Part shown: piece after piece, positions 60,181-64,000 of the stretch
How the letters are laid out: each line of letters starts with the position of its first letter
Numbering within the stretch: position 1 is the stretch's first letter
Assembly (NCBI GenBank): GCA_947632605.1
Contig: CANRPX010000007.1
Coordinates: forward strand, 4,882-68,881
Source: an uncultured Clostridia bacterium
GTDB lineage: Bacteria; Bacillota; Clostridia; TANB77; CAG-508
DNA length: 64,000 bases
Direction: 5' to 3'
Position numbers and translations under genes: made by a program
The notes under the pieces: model-generated
What the model saw: the letters and a program-made list of their open reading frames with translations, nothing else
Told to the model about the DNA's origin: nothing
Databases searched by the model: none

Positions 60181-61479
60181 ATGAATATTTTAGATATTAT
60201 TGAAAATAAAAAAAATAAAAAAGAATTATCTAAAGAAGAAATTGAGTATTTTGTTAAAAAATATACTGAAGGAGAAATAACAGATTACCAAGCTGCTGCT
60301 CTAATAATGGCAATTTGTATAAATGGAATGACACAAGATGAAATATTAACTTTGACTGTTGCTATGGCAAATTCTGGTGATGTGTTAGATTTAAGTGATA
60401 TTTCAAAAAATATTGTAGATAAACACTCAACAGGAGGAATTGGAGATAAGATAACATTAATAGTAACTCCAATAGTTGCTACACTTGGAGTTCCAGTAGC
60501 GAAAATGAGTGGTAGAGGATTAGGCATAACAGGAGGAACAGTAGATAAATTAGAATCTATACCAGGGTATAATACAAATTTATCAATTGAAGAGTTTAAG
60601 AAAAATATAAAAGATATTGGAATTAGTTTGATAGGCCAAACAGTTAATTTAGCACCAGCTGATAAAAAGATATATGCTTTAAGAGACTCAATTAGTTGTA
60701 CAAAAAGTATACCACTTATTGCTTCAAGTATAATGAGTAAAAAAATAGCTGCTGGAGCAAATTCAATTGTTTTAGATGTAACTTGTGGCAGTGGTGCTTT
60801 TATGAAAAATAAAGAAGAAGCTACAAGATTGGCTAAAATGATGGTTTTAATTGGAAAATGGGCAAAAAGAAAAACTGTATGTGTATTAACAAATATGGAT
60901 GAACCATTAGGATATGCAGTAGGAAACTCATTAGAAATAGTAGAAGCAGTAAAAGCTCTAAAAGGAGATATGGCAAAAGATGTAAAATCTGTTGTTGTAA
61001 AATTAGCAACTGAAATGCTTAATTTAGCTCATAAAAAATCAAAACCTGCTGATAATAGAAAAAAGGTTTTAAAAGTAATAGAGAGTGGAAAAGCTTATGA
61101 AAAATTTAAAGAACTTGTAGAAAAACAAGGTGGTGACGTAAGCTATATAGAAGATACAGAAAAATTTGAAAAAGCTCCAATAATTGCACCAGTATTATGT
61201 GAGAAAAATGGTTATGTTAAAAGTTTAGATGCAGAAAAAGTAGGAAAAGCTGGATTAGAACTTGGAATTGGAAGAATGAAAAAAGAAGATTCAATTGACC
61301 ATAGAGTTGGTATTGTATTTGAAAAGAAAATTGGAGATAAAGTAAAAAAAGGAGATATTTTAGCTTATGTTCATGCTAACTCTCCTGAAAAAGCAAATGA
61401 GTGTGTAAATAGTATATTATCTTCATATAAAATTGGTTCTAAAAAAGTGACTAAGAAAAATATACTTGAAGTAATTTAA
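60181..61479 (+). CDS. Pyrimidine-nucleoside phosphorylase, copy 2 (tandem paralog)
   Basis: Motif DKHSTGGIGDKITL. It is co-linear with copy 1 at roughly 45-50% identity. Confidence 0.85.
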   Translation: MNILDIIENKKNKKELSKEEIEYFVKKYTEGEITDYQAAALIMAICINGMTQDEILTLTVAMANSGDVLDLSDISKNIVDKHSTGGIGDKITLIVTPIVATLGVPVAKMSGRGLGITGGTVDKLESIPGYNTNLSIEEFKKNIKDIGISLIGQTVNLAPADKKIYALRDSISCTKSIPLIASSIMSKKIAAGANSIVLDVTCGSGAFMKNKEEATRLAKMMVLIGKWAKRKTVCVLTNMDEPLGYAVGNSLEIVEAVKALKGDMAKDVKSVVVKLATEMLNLAHKKSKPADNRKKVLKVIESGKAYEKFKELVEKQGGDVSYIEDTEKFEKAPIIAPVLCEKNGYVKSLDAEKVGKAGLELGIGRMKKEDSIDHRVGIVFEKKIGDKVKKGDILAYVHANSPEKANECVNSILSSYKIGSKKVTKKNILEVI

Positions 61480-61489
61480 AATATAAATT

Positions 61490-61522
61490 TAAAAATATTC
61501 AAATTTTATTTGAATATTTTTA
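61490..61522 (+). terminator. Intrinsic terminator
   Basis: AAAAATATTCAAAT-TTTA-TTTGAATATTTTT. Confidence 0.6.
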
Positions 61523-61611
61523 AGTTAAACAATTTGATTAAATTAATAAAATATGTCAAAGTAGAAATAATATATAAAAATACTTAAGAAAAGAAAGGAT
61601 GATTTAAGAAA

Positions 61612-63021
61612 ATGTCAAAAACAGATGGAAAAGAATTAAAAGAGAAATTATTTGATTCTAGAAAAAATGGATGGGAACATTTAAGTGATGAAGAACTTAA
61701 AAATATTTTTCAATATTCTGATGAATATATGTATTATTTAAATAACTCTAAGACAGAAAAAGAAATAGTACAAAATTCTAAAGAAATATTATTAAAAAAT
61801 GGATTTTGTGATATTTCAGAAAAAGAAAATTTAGTACCAGGAGATAAAGTTTTCTATGTAAATAGAGGAAGATGTATTTATATTGCAGTTATAGGAGAAG
61901 ATGAAATAGAAAAAGGATTAAAAGTAGTTGCTGCACATTGTGATTCTCCTAGAATAGATTTAAAACAAAATCCACTATATGAAGATAATGAACTTGGAAT
62001 GCTTAAAACACATTATTATGGTGGAATAAAGAAATATCAATGGACAAATATTCCACTTAGTATGCATGGATTTGTTGTTAAACCAGATGGAGAAAAAATT
62101 AATATTTGTATTGGAGAAAAAGAAGAAGATCCAATATTTACAATATCTGATTTATTACCACATCTTGCAAATGAACAAATGGAAAGAAAATTAAAAGATG
62201 GTGTACAAGGTGAAGAATTAAATATTTTAGCAGGAAGTATACCTTATGATTCAGAAGAAGTTTCTGAAAGAGTTAAATTAAATATATTAAAAATGTTAAA
62301 TGATACTTATGGTATAAAAGAAGTTGATTTCATAAGTTCAGAAATAGAATTTGTTCCAGCATTTAAAGCAAAAAGTTTAGGATTTGATTATAGTATGATT
62401 GCAGGATACGGACAAGATGATAAAGTTTGTTGTTATGCAGGATTAAGAGCTATATTAAATGTTGAAAGACCAAAGAAAACAGCTGTATGTGTAATTACAG
62501 ATAAAGAAGAAGTTGGATTTAATGGTGTTACAGGAATGTATACAAGAATTTTTGATAGCTTTGTTACAGAGCTATTAGAAAAAACTGGAAATACAAAAGC
62601 AAGTAGCTTAGATAAAACATTTTCGAATACAAAAGCACTTTCAGCAGATGTTGATGCTGCATATAATCCAAATTTTGCATTTGCTTTTGAGAAGAATAAT
62701 ACAGCATATCTTGGAAAAGGCATGTCTTTAGTAAAATATACTGGAGCAAGAGGAAAATCAGGAGCTTCTGAAGCACCAGCTGAATTTGTAGCAGAAGTTA
62801 GAAAAACTTTTGAATCAGCAGGTGCAAGATATCAATCTTGCGAACTTGGAAAAGTTGATAAAGGTGGAGGAGGAACAATTGCTCTTACTCTTGCTAATAG
62901 AGGAATGGAAGTAGTTGATGTAGGTGTTCCAGTTATGGGAATGCATTCACCTTATGAAATAACAAGCAAATTTGATGTATATCAAGCATATAAGGGATAT
63001 AAAGCATTTTTAAATTCATAG
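61612..63021 (+). CDS. M18 family aminopeptidase (aminopeptidase-1-like)
   Basis: 469 aa. The N-terminal region is typical of Clostridial M18 aminopeptidase 1. Metal ligands are in the HCDSP and DKEEVG contexts. Confidence 0.7.
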   Translation: MSKTDGKELKEKLFDSRKNGWEHLSDEELKNIFQYSDEYMYYLNNSKTEKEIVQNSKEILLKNGFCDISEKENLVPGDKVFYVNRGRCIYIAVIGEDEIEKGLKVVAAHCDSPRIDLKQNPLYEDNELGMLKTHYYGGIKKYQWTNIPLSMHGFVVKPDGEKINICIGEKEEDPIFTISDLLPHLANEQMERKLKDGVQGEELNILAGSIPYDSEEVSERVKLNILKMLNDTYGIKEVDFISSEIEFVPAFKAKSLGFDYSMIAGYGQDDKVCCYAGLRAILNVERPKKTAVCVITDKEEVGFNGVTGMYTRIFDSFVTELLEKTGNTKASSLDKTFSNTKALSADVDAAYNPNFAFAFEKNNTAYLGKGMSLVKYTGARGKSGASEAPAEFVAEVRKTFESAGARYQSCELGKVDKGGGGTIALTLANRGMEVVDVGVPVMGMHSPYEITSKFDVYQAYKGYKAFLNS

Positions 63022-63031
63022 TATATAAAAA

Positions 63032-63068
63032 AATTACCCATTATGTTTATAGTGGGTAAAATTTTTTA
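63032..63068 (+). terminator. Intrinsic terminator
   Basis: TTACCCA ... TGGGTAA stem followed by AATTTTTT. Confidence 0.55.
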
Positions 63069-63123
63069 TAAAATATTATAGTTCTATGTTTAAAATAGAA
63101 AAAAATTAATAGGTGTTATAAAA

Positions 63124-64000
63124 ATGGAAGAAGAAATAGCAAATAATGTAAAAAATGAAAATAATAATAAATTTAAATTAGTGATAAATTTTTTTCAAAA
63201 GTTTTTCTTAAAAATTATAAGTATAGTAGTAGGAATTATAGGTGTATTATCAATATTTATAACAGCATATTTTAATTCTACTTATTTCGATAAATATGAA
63301 AAAACTTTTTTTAGGTATGATGTAAGTTTTTTATTAATAGCTATTACAATAATAACTATTTTTCTTATAATTTTATTAAGTAAAAAAGTGTTAAAAAAAG
63401 TTTCATCAAAAATTTTAGTAGTACTATTATTAATATTAGATATTTTTGTATTTTTCTTTTGGGTTAAAACTTTAAAATTAGAACCTGATGTTGACCAAAA
63501 TATGATTAATAAAATGGCAATTGCTTTTTTAGATGGGAAAATAGATGGATATTTAAAAACTGGCGGATACTTATTTATATATCCATTTCAATTTGGATTT
63601 ACATTTTTTGTATCTATCATATATAAAATATTTGGTGAAGATTTTATATACATTGAATATGTTAATGTAATATTTTCATTACTAAATGTATTTTTAATTT
63701 ATTACATATCAAAATTATTATTTAAAAATGAGAATATACAAAGAATTTTAACTTTTTTATTAGGTGGATTTTCATTATATTTAATGTTCTTTAATACATT
63801 TTTTTATGGAAATATATTAGGATTAACATTAGCACTTGTATCAGTTTTATTTACAATACGTTATTTAAATAGTAATAAAAAAATAAATTTATTTTTTTCA
63901 GGAATTTTTATAGCATTATCAATAATTATAAAATCAAATTATAATATATTCTTGTGTGGTATTGCACTCGTATTAGTATTAGATATAATAAAAAAATGGA
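63124..64000 (+). CDS. Polytopic membrane protein, GT-C-type glycosyltransferase-like (ArnT/PMT_2-like), 3' partial
   Basis: The ATG has an upstream A-rich RBS. The frame is open to the window end. There are multiple TM helices, in a composition and pattern reminiscent of PMT_2/ArnT N-terminal regions. Confidence 0.4.
   Translation, partial: MEEEIANNVKNENNNKFKLVINFFQKFFLKIISIVVGIIGVLSIFITAYFNSTYFDKYEKTFFRYDVSFLLIAITIITIFLIILLSKKVLKKVSSKILVVLLLILDIFVFFFWVKTLKLEPDVDQNMINKMAIAFLDGKIDGYLKTGGYLFIYPFQFGFTFFVSIIYKIFGEDFIYIEYVNVIFSLLNVFLIYYISKLLFKNENIQRILTFLLGGFSLYLMFFNTFFYGNILGLTLALVSVLFTIRYLNSNKKINLFFSGIFIALSIIIKSNYNIFLCGIALVLVLDIIKKW

Overview
This is a 64-kb chromosomal window from a very AT-rich (about 25-28% GC) endospore-forming Firmicute (Clostridia-like). 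Genes are densely packed, mostly on the + strand, and canonical TTG starts are common. The content is core housekeeping, cell division and sporulation. In order: a transglutaminase-like protein (5' partial), addB (with no adjacent addA), alr, pgeF, a family-4 UDG, and a papain-like C1 protease carrying a C-terminal dockerin next to a cohesin-domain surface protein. Then topB, followed by a division/sporulation cluster murA-ftsQ-DUF881-DUF881-sbp-ftsA-ftsZ-spoIIGA-sigE-[X]-sigG with ylmC downstream. X is a 951-aa protein made of a roughly 1-kb poly-acidic tandem-repeat region fused to a divergent DnaB-like helicase, inserted between sigE and sigG. Next come a 0.35-kb island at about 50% GC encoding a 94-aa two-TM protein, a spoIVFA/spoIVFB-like M23 + M50 pair, and rpsF-ssb-rpsR followed by a frameshifted IS91-family element. 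Then dut, carD, dnaG, sigA (with a Lys/Glu-repeat insertion), rplU-rpmA (no prp, and L27 has no propeptide), an FGE-sulfatase-like protein, aspS, an NlpC/P60 hydrolase, comEC and a ClpE-like ATPase on the - strand. The window ends with a tandem array of five paralogous N-terminal zinc-ribbon membrane proteins, htrA on the - strand, rnhB, two tandem pyrimidine-nucleoside phosphorylases, an M18 aminopeptidase and a 3'-partial polytopic membrane protein. No rRNA, tRNA or CRISPR array was recognised. All calls rest on reading motifs by eye; no searches were run.
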